Below are positions 9,684 to 19,772 of a DNA stretch of 64,000 bases, piece by piece. Position numbers and translations under genes: made by a program. Where the stretch lies: the NCBI GenBank assembly GCA_965263355.1, contig CBDHHL010000046.1, forward strand, positions 1-64,000, written 5' to 3'. The first letter of the stretch is position 1. Each line of letters begins with the position of its first letter. The notes beneath the pieces were generated by a model. It was given only the letters and a program-made list of their open reading frames with translations, was not told where the DNA came from and did no database searches. Origin of the DNA: Leptolyngbyaceae cyanobacterium. Lineage in GTDB: Bacteria > Cyanobacteriota > Cyanobacteriia > Phormidesmidales > Phormidesmidaceae.

Positions 9684-10826
9684 TTAACCAACTTTATCCA
9701 CTTTTCTTTTCGGCGAGGTCGTCTTTTTCTTAACCACTCTTTTTTTCTGAGTGGCTACCGCCTTCTTTTGAGTTTTTGGCGACTCCTCATTCGCTGTCTC
9801 GGGTTTTTTGGCAGAATTTTTTTGGGTCTGTTTTATGCTTGTTGCAATGACCTTGGGGCCCTCGCCGGGCAAATAAAGTTCATCAACCTCGCGGTCTCCT
9901 TGAAGTACAAAAAGCATTTCTAGGTGAGCCAACGCACGTTCATCGTTGGGGTTTTTTGTCAGATGCGCCATGACACGTTCATACAAACGCTCTGCACGTT
10001 TTTTTGCATCTGTCGCCCAAGGAAAGACTTTGAAGCCCTCAGGTTCTATCTCTGGTGGTTTTCCACGATTCTTCTTCCCTATCTTGGCCTCAGCCTGACG
10101 AACAATGGAGAGACCCTCTTCTGTGGTCTTTCCCTTCAGCTTTGGCACGACCTCTTCCCGTTCTTCTTCAGGAAGACTCGTTGCTCGAGCAGCCACTCTT
10201 ACGGGAACGTGTTCAGATTCCACGTCAGTAGCAATGGCTTGTTGTAACTCCTTAGAATTCGAATCCAACACGACCATGGTCTCTTTGAGTGTTCGCTTTG
10301 AAACACCCAAAGCAGTCGCTAAATCTTTTTCAGAAATCCCATAGGACTTCTTTAACTTGTTTAGGGCTTGGGCTTTTTCAATCTTAGAGAGAGTCTCATG
10401 TTCGTTTGCGATAAGTGCAGAGAGGAGCGCTTCTGCGTCAGGCAGCGTGCCATCTTCTGTTTCGCCACCCTCTAACAAAATTACTGGAACTTCTTTTAAC
10501 CCTAATTTTTTAGCCGCCGAAAATCTCTTATCCCCATCTACGATATAATAATGACCAGGTATTTTAGGGTTCTTTCGAACTAAAAGAGGAACCAAAATAC
10601 CTCGAGCTTCGATACTTCCTAAGAAAGCCTCTGAAAGCTCTATATGTTTACGGGGGTTGAATCCTGGCTCTGTTGACAATAATTTGATCGCAGCCTGCTT
10701 TAGACTGTCATCTGATCTGAGTTCTATTTCATCCATTTTCTTCGTTCTCTCTTTTTTCTGGATCTTCAAATGAAACTTCCCACCATACACCGTCACTGTC
10801 TTGGGCAACTTGTTGAGGTCGGCCAT
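9684..10826 (-). CDS. ParB/Spo0J-like protein (ParB domain, HTH, Lys-rich tail); start could also be 10736
   Basis: GFNPRK, GILVPLLVR, IVDGDKRFSAA, HTH GISEKDLATALGVSKRTL. Confidence 0.85.
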   Translation of the reverse strand: MADLNKLPKTVTVYGGKFHLKIQKKERTKKMDEIELRSDDSLKQAAIKLLSTEPGFNPRKHIELSEAFLGSIEARGILVPLLVRKNPKIPGHYYIVDGDKRFSAAKKLGLKEVPVILLEGGETEDGTLPDAEALLSALIANEHETLSKIEKAQALNKLKKSYGISEKDLATALGVSKRTLKETMVVLDSNSKELQQAIATDVESEHVPVRVAARATSLPEEEREEVVPKLKGKTTEEGLSIVRQAEAKIGKKNRGKPPEIEPEGFKVFPWATDAKKRAERLYERVMAHLTKNPNDERALAHLEMLFVLQGDREVDELYLPGEGPKVIATSIKQTQKNSAKKPETANEESPKTQKKAVATQKKRVVKKKTTSPKRKVDKVG

Positions 10827-11076
10827 CAAAAATAACCGGCTTAACCTTTATCGGATTTTTCCCCGGTGGGGGCATTATCGCGTCGGCATCAATAAACACC
10901 CGAGTCGGGTTGACTGCCACTATGTTGCCAAGACCATCAATAGCAAAAGCTGCAATTCCTGTACTTTTTAAGAGGTTTGCAGCCATTAAACCTAAATAAC
11001 CTATATTATTTTCATCGGAAAGATTATCCAGGGTCAAATCGACTTCGCTTTGGGGGTCAACTTGTTCATTAGACAC
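10729..11076 (-). CDS. Hypothetical protein
   Basis: 115-aa ORF with GTG start, in line with the ParB gene. Confidence 0.5.
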   Translation of the reverse strand: MSNEQVDPQSEVDLTLDNLSDENNIGYLGLMAANLLKSTGIAAFAIDGLGNIVAVNPTRVFIDADAIMPPPGKNPIKVKPVIFDGRPQQVAQDSDGVWWEVSFEDPEKRENEENG

Positions 11077-11125
11077 AGAGGCATACTGTTATATACGGAT
11101 CAAACTTATCAAGAGAACGACAAAA

Positions 11126-11332
11126 TCAACTGGAAGGCTTATTTATTCGAGGTGGCAACAGTTTGGGTCCTTGTTGCATTGTGATGCCAGCACCTGGAGC
11201 TGCACCGTTTGCCAATCGACCGCTAAGCCCATTCTTGGGGGCTAGTTTCTTAGCCAAAATTTTTTCCTGGTTCAAACAGCCTGCCAAGTTGGCCAACTTA
11301 CACAGGGCATAAGAACTCTGTAACAAACGCAT
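11126..11332 (-). CDS. Small basic protein with an N-terminal K-x-A motif
   Basis: ATG 1 nt after the tail tube stop; MRLLQSSYALCKLAN...KKLAP. Confidence 0.55.
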   Translation of the reverse strand: MRLLQSSYALCKLANLAGCLNQEKILAKKLAPKNGLSGRLANGAAPGAGITMQQGPKLLPPRINKPSS

Positions 11333-11333
11333 A

Positions 11334-12062
11334 CTACAGACCCAAAATACTTTGGTCTGATGCATCCAATCCAACCAAATCCAAAGCAGACACTGCCACG
11401 GGAACTGCTCTTTCAAATTGAAGGGCTATGTTTTCTTGGATGATAACGCCTTGAGCGTCAGTAGCTATAGTATGATTTGGGATGTAACCAGACTCCAAAT
11501 AAACAGAACCCACTGTCTCCTCATTTGAGTTGGCAAAGTAACACATCAGCCCGATAGGTTGACTAAACATATCAGAGGCCAGATTAGTAAACATGTTCTT
11601 GAAGCCAGGAGGAATCTTTACGTTATGCGGATTAGCAATTAAAGCAGCGCCAATATTTGCTCCTCCTATAACAGAAGGAATAACGGTAGGATCTAGCAGG
11701 TCCTGGTAGTACGCATACATTACACGAAGCAAAGAGGGTCCGTGATAAAGCACTCGTGATAGCCCAAGCTGTCCTATCGTTCTTCCTGAGATGAAATAAG
11801 AACGCTCAGAGCCTATCTCAAAAATACGGCTAAAGCTACGATTGTGAGATAGGCTGAAGTTTTGTGTGACTCCTAACGGAAACACGATTTCATCAATCGC
11901 GCCTCCCTCAGCATTGTCACCAATAAAATTAAACCCCCCAACATTGGCAAGTCGAGGGGGGCCCGCTGCAAGTAACGTATAAGCGGCGGACATGAATTGT
12001 CCATCTTCGAGCCCCGCCTGAACAAATCTCTGGTTGGGACTCCATTCACTGAACCTTGCCAT
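11334..12062 (-). CDS. Tail tube protein
   Basis: LGVTQNFSLSHNRSFSRIFEIGS...VYLESGYI...IQENIALQFER; lies downstream of the sheath. Confidence 0.75.
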   Translation of the reverse strand: MARFSEWSPNQRFVQAGLEDGQFMSAAYTLLAAGPPRLANVGGFNFIGDNAEGGAIDEIVFPLGVTQNFSLSHNRSFSRIFEIGSERSYFISGRTIGQLGLSRVLYHGPSLLRVMYAYYQDLLDPTVIPSVIGGANIGAALIANPHNVKIPPGFKNMFTNLASDMFSQPIGLMCYFANSNEETVGSVYLESGYIPNHTIATDAQGVIIQENIALQFERAVPVAVSALDLVGLDASDQSILGL

Positions 12063-12081
12063 GTATTACCCCTTAGGATTC

Positions 12082-12852
12082 TTAGAATCCTTCTACGAAA
12101 ATATGCAAAACATCAGTAGCAACTGGTGGAGTGGCTCCCGCAGTCATATCTATCGTCACTACATTTCTAGCCGGTACAGGCACATAGGTAGCTGTCGTAG
12201 TTGAACCATCCAAATCTCCAGAGGATGTTACATGAGCAGCCAAAGTAGCACGTAGCGGGGTGAATGGTACTTCCACGTCAAATGCAGCTGCCACATTCAC
12301 AGCATCAACTGTTACGCTCAACAAGGTTCGTTTCATTGTCGTAGCAGCTGTTCTACCAAGGTTATTCGAACTCCAAGCAGGCGTACCTGCCAATGTTGCC
12401 GAAAGAGCGATGCTGGGGAAGAAATTCTTGCGTACTCGTCCAGCTGGGAAGCCACCTTTTTGACCTTCTGCGGGTTTAATCTGCAAAAAGTCTGTGTTCA
12501 CTAACTCAGCAAAAACCAATTCAGTGCCCAATGTCGAATCATTTATAGCGGCGATCAACAAAGCCTGATCGGCCGCTAAGCTTGTACCAGACAATACAAC
12601 TGGAATAAAAGACGGGTCAGATGCTGGCAATGCAGTATTGAACTCATAAGTATCTGCACCAATTACCACTGTGTTGCCATTAACCGGCTGAGTGTTAAGT
12701 CGAATACGAGCATTCGCCGTAACGAGAGCAGAGGTCTCTTCCTCCAGAGCAGAAAAAGCTACTTCCACATCATTACGCGCATCCTGAATTGGATGGTCAG
12801 CTTTAACCCAATGTTTATTTGCGGTCTCAGACCCAAAACTCCTACTTACCAT
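12082..12852 (-). CDS. Structural protein between sheath and tube
   Basis: A/T/V-rich beta composition; TVVIGADTYEF and LIAAIND resemble the sheath insertion domains. Confidence 0.6.
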   Translation of the reverse strand: MVSRSFGSETANKHWVKADHPIQDARNDVEVAFSALEEETSALVTANARIRLNTQPVNGNTVVIGADTYEFNTALPASDPSFIPVVLSGTSLAADQALLIAAINDSTLGTELVFAELVNTDFLQIKPAEGQKGGFPAGRVRKNFFPSIALSATLAGTPAWSSNNLGRTAATTMKRTLLSVTVDAVNVAAAFDVEVPFTPLRATLAAHVTSSGDLDGSTTTATYVPVPARNVVTIDMTAGATPPVATDVLHIFVEGF

Positions 12853-12868
12853 TCTTACCTTCCTTAAA

Positions 12869-15800
12869 TCACACTACAAGAGTAACTCGTATATAGTTAC
12901 ATGGGAAAGGAACATCTAAAGTCACGTCCACAAGCAACCGATCAACTTGGGAAGAGTCTTGAACAATGTTATTCACTGAAGCTTCACTCAAAATTTGTTT
13001 CCCCTTGAGGAAACTAAATGCACCTTCAACAACTGTGGAGATCTGGTCAATAAAGGCCTGAGTGATATTTGAACGACCAATAAAATTACGAACCAAATTA
13101 CGAACAAACTTGGCTGTAAAGTCCACTACCTTGGTAATGGACAACTCCCTAGCCTCGATAGAAGTCATATCTGTAGACAATTGATGTCTTGAAGAAACAG
13201 GCCCACCCACGGCATCTTGAACCCAAATATAGACACCCCCAGCAGCCATGACATTCAATTGTCGATTACTGTATGTATCAGAACTGCCTTTGACACGAGT
13301 TAGGCCTGCCATCGGTAAGTTAGTAAAACCTTGTTGAGGGGGCTGATTAGCAACCATTCCAGCAACAACGGCATCACCATAATAACCGGGAACCAATTGC
13401 TCAACCCCACTCAAATTAATGCCAACTTGATCGGGGAAGGTATAAAATACTCGTCTTGAAGCTAAAGCTTGGCCAGTAAGTTGAACTGTCTCTGCAATTG
13501 CATCCTTATCAGGGTTCGTTGTGCCAGAAACAAGTAACAATGTACCTCGGATGGATAGTGTCCAAGTGTCAGAGACCAAACTGGAAGGAGCTGCTGTAGC
13601 ATAAAAACTGTCTGCGTTCTCACCTGTAGCAAAAGTGGTGCGCAGCGTAACAGTCGTACCGCCAGTGACTGATTGGACAAGATATTGATTAGCGTCAGTA
13701 CCAAAATCTAAGTAGACTTCATTCTCAATAGCCCCTGTCGCATCATTTATGTCCGCAGGATCTAAACCAGCATCAACAAGCGCTTGAGCTACATTGACGT
13801 CGAGAACAATCTCTCCGGGTGTCGCTGTAGTATTTGCATCTGTACCACTAGATAGGAGTGTTGGCAGTCGTCTTGTTGGGATCGCCCTGTTGTTGAATGC
13901 AATACGTTCTCCCTTTTGATCACTACCACTCATGAAATTAACATGCGTATTCAAAGCAGAGTGAATGACAGGGTCTTGAGTTCCCACGGCTACCGCATAA
14001 ACTTCCTCGGACTCCAAGAAAGAAAAACACGAAGCATAACCAGTGGACGTACCTTCTGGAGAATCAGCAGACACCTCAGGAACACCAATTGCTGCAACGG
14101 AAGTCCCAGGAGAATTTAACAAGGCCAACTGCACCATTGCAGCACCTGGATTGTCTGTTGAGATAGGATCTGCTGCTGCAGTAAGGCTGGCTGTATCAGA
14201 GAAACGCAATAAGCCGGGAGTCGCTGCATTTGGCGTAACATCCAAACGAAGACCTTTGTAAGCCATGTACATACTGGCTGAGCCATTCGCGTAAGGTAGC
14301 CCTGTTCGCCCATCTCGAATTATGTTTGCCTGAAGCAACGCATTTCCTGATGTATCAACCGCAAGATCGGGAGCTGGACGACCACTACCTGAGTTAGTCG
14401 CATTGTCCGAGAAACCTAGTATCGAATTGGCCGTGCCTGTTACCACCGTAATAGAACTCGCTTCGCCAACAATTCTTGATGTCAAGGTTAGAGCTGGGGG
14501 AGATGCTGAAGAAGCAGACGCAACACCGACAGTCTCTAAGTTGATTCGATCAATGACCTGTTGCAGACTAACGCCATCATCGTCCTCATCCGTACCTAAA
14601 GTAATAGAATAACTCTTTGGATTCCCATCCACTCGCCAGGTGAATGAGGTTCCATTGAGGTCTGTAGCTGTACCTGCCTGAGAACCAGGAGTGGCTCCAA
14701 ATGTGGCCCCACCTACTAAATCAGTACCACCAGTAATATTGATAATGGCATCAGTCCCAACATTCTCTCCTCGAGATCTAATCGCAAAATGAAGTCCACC
14801 AGTTGTTTCCACACCTGACGCGTTTGCTTCATAAGCTTCAGCGTGTAGAGCTTGGTTATTCCAATCTGTGATTGCTGCGGCTAACCCAGACGCGTCATCC
14901 GTATGAGAAGCAGACCAAGTAACTGTTTCGGCCGATTGAGCAGCACCATTGACGGTGGGCGTGAAAATCAAAGTCTCACCCGAAACCATCGGGCCACCAC
15001 TGGAACCAAAAGCTGAACCACCAACATGAATTGCAGGTGTTCCATTCTTATATCGAATGTCTTCACCCACATCAGAAACCGGGGGAGTGGCAAAGCCGAG
15101 ACCCAAGCCAGTTGACTGACTGGAGAGAGTAATTGAATTAGACTTGCCTGTGTTTGTTGCTGTCAATCTTAATCCAATACGAATATTAGAAGCAGCGACA
15201 GAAGTAGTAGAAGGCAACTCATCACCAAAAATATTGGCTCGATACGCTTCAAAATTTGTGGAAGCAGCATTTATACCCGCGATCACAGCACTGATATCTG
15301 CCCAACCTGTACCAGAGGAAATATTCTCTGTTGCTTGTGCAACTCCAGCCAATGTCACATCCACAGTGAAGGCTTCACCTGCAGGAACAGGGAATGTTGA
15401 GGCACTGCTCGAAACAATGTATGGGACAGTAGCTGCCGAAGTCGCCACGGTTCCAGTCAAAGTACCCGCGCTCGAGGCAGAAGGAGCTGGGAAAGATAAC
15501 CCATTGGCTTGAACCCAAAAATACCGAGGAGCGAATTTGGCTGTAGAGGAGAAAATATTTTGCTCCACTTCCATAACTAGGCGATTGGCAAAAACTTGGT
15601 CCACATTGCCAATGTTCGTACCATCGGCAATAATGGTGTCTCCAACAGCAATCTCCGAATCTAAAAAGCTAGGAGCTGTCGCGACTGAAGAATTTGCAGA
15701 GCCAATATCTCTTTGAGATGTTCCAGTAAAAAACTCAATCCTAGGAGATGTTATGTCACCATCAGCATCATCTATGGCATAAAAACCTGCGCCAACCGCT

Positions 15801-16486
15801 ACTTCATCATTAACCGCATCTAGGCCTAACAAAGTATTTGCAGAACCAGCACCCCGAACCAGTACAGAGCTTCGAGCACCAAATCTAGTTGATGTTAATC
15901 TGAGCTGACCGGAACCATTGTCTGATGCCAAATTTGGAATACGAGCATTAATCTGAGAAATTACATTTGCTAAGGTTAACGAGGTACCAGTGAAATCAAT
16001 ATTCACGTTGTCAGTAGATAGAAATGACCCAGCATTTGGCAAAGAAGAGCCGACTGCTCGATGAGCATCAACAGCGACAGTCAGACGAAGGCCGTCTAAA
16101 TTGACTGGGTAAGTAGCGCCGGAACCCGCCACAGAAGCGGCAGTCGCACTATTAAGCCCTACTAAAAATCCGGAAGTCTTACTAAGTTCAACCAAAGAAC
16201 CATTTTGAAGTAGGAATCCGCGGATAGTCGCTTCATCTACATCAACTTCTGCTATGTTACTTCGTGGCGAAGGAAAGCTTAATTGTGGAATTGTTAAAGC
16301 ATTCTGGTCATAGAGCGAAGTAAGCTTTGCATTCTCGTTAGTAGTGCCAGAGCTAGTCGTCACTTCAATGACTTCGTGAAATGGCGCAACAATGCAGGGT
16401 ACTAACGTAGGAATGACGATAGTTGGCGAGGCGCTTTCAAAGGTCTGGATGACCTCCACTCCAGGCCTAGGTAATGATGCAGGCAT
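12869..16486 (-). CDS. Contractile tail sheath protein with repeated insertion domains
   Basis: N-terminal RPGVEV; C-terminal ARELSITKVVDF...DRLLVDVTLDVPFPCNYIRVTL. Confidence 0.9.
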   Translation of the reverse strand: MPASLPRPGVEVIQTFESASPTIVIPTLVPCIVAPFHEVIEVTTSSGTTNENAKLTSLYDQNALTIPQLSFPSPRSNIAEVDVDEATIRGFLLQNGSLVELSKTSGFLVGLNSATAASVAGSGATYPVNLDGLRLTVAVDAHRAVGSSLPNAGSFLSTDNVNIDFTGTSLTLANVISQINARIPNLASDNGSGQLRLTSTRFGARSSVLVRGAGSANTLLGLDAVNDEVAVGAGFYAIDDADGDITSPRIEFFTGTSQRDIGSANSSVATAPSFLDSEIAVGDTIIADGTNIGNVDQVFANRLVMEVEQNIFSSTAKFAPRYFWVQANGLSFPAPSASSAGTLTGTVATSAATVPYIVSSSASTFPVPAGEAFTVDVTLAGVAQATENISSGTGWADISAVIAGINAASTNFEAYRANIFGDELPSTTSVAASNIRIGLRLTATNTGKSNSITLSSQSTGLGLGFATPPVSDVGEDIRYKNGTPAIHVGGSAFGSSGGPMVSGETLIFTPTVNGAAQSAETVTWSASHTDDASGLAAAITDWNNQALHAEAYEANASGVETTGGLHFAIRSRGENVGTDAIINITGGTDLVGGATFGATPGSQAGTATDLNGTSFTWRVDGNPKSYSITLGTDEDDDGVSLQQVIDRINLETVGVASASSASPPALTLTSRIVGEASSITVVTGTANSILGFSDNATNSGSGRPAPDLAVDTSGNALLQANIIRDGRTGLPYANGSASMYMAYKGLRLDVTPNAATPGLLRFSDTASLTAAADPISTDNPGAAMVQLALLNSPGTSVAAIGVPEVSADSPEGTSTGYASCFSFLESEEVYAVAVGTQDPVIHSALNTHVNFMSGSDQKGERIAFNNRAIPTRRLPTLLSSGTDANTTATPGEIVLDVNVAQALVDAGLDPADINDATGAIENEVYLDFGTDANQYLVQSVTGGTTVTLRTTFATGENADSFYATAAPSSLVSDTWTLSIRGTLLLVSGTTNPDKDAIAETVQLTGQALASRRVFYTFPDQVGINLSGVEQLVPGYYGDAVVAGMVANQPPQQGFTNLPMAGLTRVKGSSDTYSNRQLNVMAAGGVYIWVQDAVGGPVSSRHQLSTDMTSIEARELSITKVVDFTAKFVRNLVRNFIGRSNITQAFIDQISTVVEGAFSFLKGKQILSEASVNNIVQDSSQVDRLLVDVTLDVPFPCNYIRVTLVV

Positions 16487-16501
16487 AATCTAATTCTCTC
16501 C

Positions 16502-17245
16502 TTACTCTAAGTCTATATTCATGGACTGAGTCAGCCCAATAGGCGCCTCGGCATAATCCTCTATTGGAATGCTTCGATAAATCGCCTTACCGCCAAAGTT
16601 TGTAGGTACTGTAGGTTGTCTGACACCCAAGTTAAATCCAATTTGTCGAGCAATGGGTGCTGGTGATGTGACCCTCCATTGTGGCTGCCAAAATATTGGG
16701 AAATGCGTCACAACAGAAACAATTTCATCAGTCACCAAAGGGCCAGTAAATGCTGTCGGACCCGACTCAGCAGAAATAGATGGACTAGGTTGAATATAGT
16801 GAAGCTTACCGTGCTTTTGGATCATATTCCGAAAAACGACAGTGTAGAAGGAGGAATACCAAGCCAAATTAGAAGCTAGGTTTCCTTCCTTAGCTTGACA
16901 ATGATAAGCCATAGTTTGAGAAATGAGATCAGTATGAGTTTTAGCCCCAGTTGCAGAACTTCGTTTCTTTAGCTGATCTAAGCTCAAATTCCCCCAGGAC
17001 AGGCTACCCGGAACTACTACAATGTGTGGTCTTTTATTAAGAGTCTCAAGCCGTGGCTTTTGACCGGTAATGATTAATTCTGTATCTTCCTCAGACCGAT
17101 TCCAATACATCCCGGTTCCTCGAAATTCCTCATGAGAAAAGAACGAAGATAGGAAATGTACAAACACCTTTTGTAGCCAGGTGTGAGGGGACTCAGCTAG
17201 ATTTATTTCTAGCTTATCATAATGCTTAAGAGTTTCGCTTGGCAC
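16502..17245 (-). CDS. Probable tail completion/terminator protein
   Basis: Position between neck and sheath genes; RPHIVVVPG. Confidence 0.5.
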   Translation of the reverse strand: MPSETLKHYDKLEINLAESPHTWLQKVFVHFLSSFFSHEEFRGTGMYWNRSEEDTELIITGQKPRLETLNKRPHIVVVPGSLSWGNLSLDQLKKRSSATGAKTHTDLISQTMAYHCQAKEGNLASNLAWYSSFYTVVFRNMIQKHGKLHYIQPSPSISAESGPTAFTGPLVTDEIVSVVTHFPIFWQPQWRVTSPAPIARQIGFNLGVRQPTVPTNFGGKAIYRSIPIEDYAEAPIGLTQSMNIDLE

Positions 17246-17253
17246 TTGTCCCC

Positions 17254-18129
17254 CTAATCAAATCCAACCAGTCTTGGTCCATCTGCTTCCTGCAGATCCA
17301 TATGCCGAGTATATTCGCCCTCAGGACTGAACATAGTTGAATCGTCCAAATTTATAGGGATTTTATATCGGATATCTGCTGTAGGAATTCTGTGCAGAAC
17401 AACACTCTGACGTACGGTAGCTCTGCCTTTTCTCGTGGGTGTCACACTTTGCACTTCCCAACGAATATTTTCCCCTTCCACAAGCATGTCCTTAGGCTTC
17501 AAAGGTGGGAAGGCTCCCAACCTAGCCGTTGTATCTTGCCTGTCTTGTTCCTGAGTGTCGGTCCTCTGGATACTTTGTGCGGTTGGGTCTATTTGGATGT
17601 ACCCAATAATTGGAGAATTAAAACCACCAACAAATGTAGTATCAAAACAGGTTTGGCAATTTTGAGTTGTTTGTCTACCTATGCTAAAGCCTTGAGGTGA
17701 AACTTCATAGCAAGAAGGACAACGAAACCCAGAAGTAATAGCAGGAAACACTACCACTTTACGCCCTGCATACTCACGCAACACTAACTCAAATCTCCGC
17801 CGAACTTCCAAGGCAATAAGGTCTGGAGGCGCATCCTTATTAACGCTTTCAGTAACTACTTCTTGCTGAGTGTCTTTATCGCGGACTCGAATTCGATAAT
17901 AGTACCGACGCCAATTATGAATTTGGTTAACATCATTATCTCGAAGACGTGTCTCATTGCCTGGTAAAGGGCCTGCAATCTCAACCCAAGGACCCGCAGG
18001 CCCGTCAATAGAACGTTGGACAAATATCTCGTACCTAGACAAACGCTCTGAGGTGTCTGCAATGCTCCAGCTAAGATCTAAAAAGTCCAAATCAAATGAT
18101 CGGACTTCAACGTTTGTTATCTGGATCAT
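17254..18129 (-). CDS. Probable head-tail joining (neck) protein with Ig/FN3-like N-terminus and CxxC pairs
   Basis: DLSWS...YYYRIRVRD; CPSC...CQTC; LKPKDMLVE...RWEV. Confidence 0.55.
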   Translation of the reverse strand: MIQITNVEVRSFDLDFLDLSWSIADTSERLSRYEIFVQRSIDGPAGPWVEIAGPLPGNETRLRDNDVNQIHNWRRYYYRIRVRDKDTQQEVVTESVNKDAPPDLIALEVRRRFELVLREYAGRKVVVFPAITSGFRCPSCYEVSPQGFSIGRQTTQNCQTCFDTTFVGGFNSPIIGYIQIDPTAQSIQRTDTQEQDRQDTTARLGAFPPLKPKDMLVEGENIRWEVQSVTPTRKGRATVRQSVVLHRIPTADIRYKIPINLDDSTMFSPEGEYTRHMDLQEADGPRLVGFD

Positions 18130-18613
18130 CGTTTGGGTCCTCTAATTGCCTTCGTGTTTGAAAACTAAGCCTAGCGCCCGTCGGAGACATCCCAATGGCA
18201 GTGCGAATAGTTATGTCTCTTGGAATTTCCTGAACCCTTAGGTGTCGCCCAGAAAACGGTAATGGGATTTTTGCCTCTTCAGGCAATACATGATGTAATG
18301 GGACCCTTAGCTTCGCTATTTGGCGACTCTGATTGGGTCGCACAGGCGTAATGGCTAATCCGCTTGGTTGGAGGGTCGCTTCTCCTAAACCTTCCACTGA
18401 GTCCAATAAAACATCTTTGGAAGCCAGGATAGGGTCATCTCGAACCAGTTCTTCTCCCTCTTCCCACTCTGTTCGACCTTTTAAAGCTCTGGCCTTGATA
18501 TCATTAAATCGATTTACAGCAGAGCCAAAGCTCACAGCTGCGGCATAGGCTCGTAAAACTGCTGGACTCCACTCGGTCTTTTTACCGTCATTTCGACGAA
18601 CTCTTACCTTCAT
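18107..18613 (-). CDS. Hypothetical protein in the morphogenesis operon
   Basis: Overlaps both neighbours on the same strand. Confidence 0.55.
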   Translation of the reverse strand: MKVRVRRNDGKKTEWSPAVLRAYAAAVSFGSAVNRFNDIKARALKGRTEWEEGEELVRDDPILASKDVLLDSVEGLGEATLQPSGLAITPVRPNQSRQIAKLRVPLHHVLPEEAKIPLPFSGRHLRVQEIPRDITIRTAIGMSPTGARLSFQTRRQLEDPNDDPDNKR

Positions 18614-18939
18614 CTAGAACCATCCCCACCTGACAACATATAAGCCGCACCGCCGCCAACAACCCCAGCACCCATCAACTGATTAGCCCCTACCCTACCT
18701 GCTAAATGCCCATTACCCTCACGATAATTAAATCTCTTAGAAAGCTCATACCCATCTTTAGCCCCTTCTTGTATAGATGCGATAAGCCTTCCCAACTCTC
18801 GACCCCTAACAGAATGCACAATACCTCTAACAGTTCCTCGAACGCCACCACCAACACCACCCAAAACATTCAAAGCATCTCCAAGATAGGTTCTTGTGAA
18901 AGCTATCTTCTGTAATTCAGTCACAAAAGAATCTTCCAT
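18610..18939 (-). CDS. Small Gly-rich basic protein with F-x-x-E-L-x-K-I-A leader (candidate internal head protein)
   Basis: MEDSFVTELQKIA; ATG overlaps the upstream TGA; C-terminal GAGVVGGGAAY. Confidence 0.7.
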   Translation of the reverse strand: MEDSFVTELQKIAFTRTYLGDALNVLGGVGGGVRGTVRGIVHSVRGRELGRLIASIQEGAKDGYELSKRFNYREGNGHLAGRVGANQLMGAGVVGGGAAYMLSGGDGSR

Positions 18940-19430
18940 CAATAATACCCCCAAAATGAATTGATAAATAAATAACTGGAGTGAACTCCAGGACCTCCTT
19001 GAAGCGCACTCTCAATGTTATGGGCAATTAATATGCGCTGCTTCTTTTGCTCATACTCTGACTTCATTATTTGTAAAGTTGCCTGGATCATTTGAGGATT
19101 CTCCACTTGCATGTTTATCCCCCCGTCAGAATAACTAATAAAATTTCTGAGGTGCAGAAACATCAATGACTCAAGTAATGATATTGCTGCACCTCGAATA
19201 AAGACATGATTCCAGCGATTTCGAATAATACCTTCTAAAGTCCCATCGAAAACAAAAGGAGGAGTAGACGCCCAATCGCTTAAAGTATCCAAGATACTCC
19301 AAGCAATATGCCGGTCGCTATGGTCCAGACCTTTTGTTAGTCGATTCAAAGCAGCATAGTCCCTAAGAAAATACCGAACATTCTCGACCGTGTCCTGCAT
19401 CAAAGGATTATTTAGGTCAGCAACCGACAT
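18939..19430 (-). CDS. Probable head completion/adaptor protein
   Basis: VRYFLRD N-terminus, SYSDGG; helical; lies between capsid and neck genes. Confidence 0.6.
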   Translation of the reverse strand: MSVADLNNPLMQDTVENVRYFLRDYAALNRLTKGLDHSDRHIAWSILDTLSDWASTPPFVFDGTLEGIIRNRWNHVFIRGAAISLLESLMFLHLRNFISYSDGGINMQVENPQMIQATLQIMKSEYEQKKQRILIAHNIESALQGGPGVHSSYLFINSFWGYY

Positions 19431-19439
19431 CTTTATTTA

Positions 19440-19772
19440 CTACTCCTCAAAGACAAAATTTGTAGAAAAACTTAACCCAGATTTAGTTGGTGCAGGTTCC
19501 GGCGCCAAGGCATTTCGACCATGCGTTCGTACATGGGTTTTAGGAATCCGAGCAGAGATCATCCCTTTATCCTTTTGATAATCCTTCGGCAATGTTGGGC
19601 CAATATGTAACCCAGGAATTTTTGCTAAGAGAGAAGCAACACGTTCGTACGTGGCTTTGGGAATCACTACGGACCTTCCAGGGGCCACACTCTTTTCTAA
19701 GATAAGAACATATGGCTCCAAGCCCTGAATACTATCTCGAATGTTCCAAATGCGTACTTGCTCTGCCATCAC
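19440..19772 (-). CDS. Hypothetical protein
   Basis: Coupled to the upstream ORF; follows the capsid gene. Confidence 0.6.
   Translation of the reverse strand: MMAEQVRIWNIRDSIQGLEPYVLILEKSVAPGRSVVIPKATYERVASLLAKIPGLHIGPTLPKDYQKDKGMISARIPKTHVRTHGRNALAPEPAPTKSGLSFSTNFVFEE

Noticed and set aside
6098..10826. DHFR, ThyX, kinase, MTase and ParB cluster as a DNA hypermodification pathway
   Set aside because: No hydroxymethylase, glycosyltransferase, Que/Dpd or PurZ genes recognised; dCTP deaminase, ThyX and UDG are consistent with ordinary thymine DNA.
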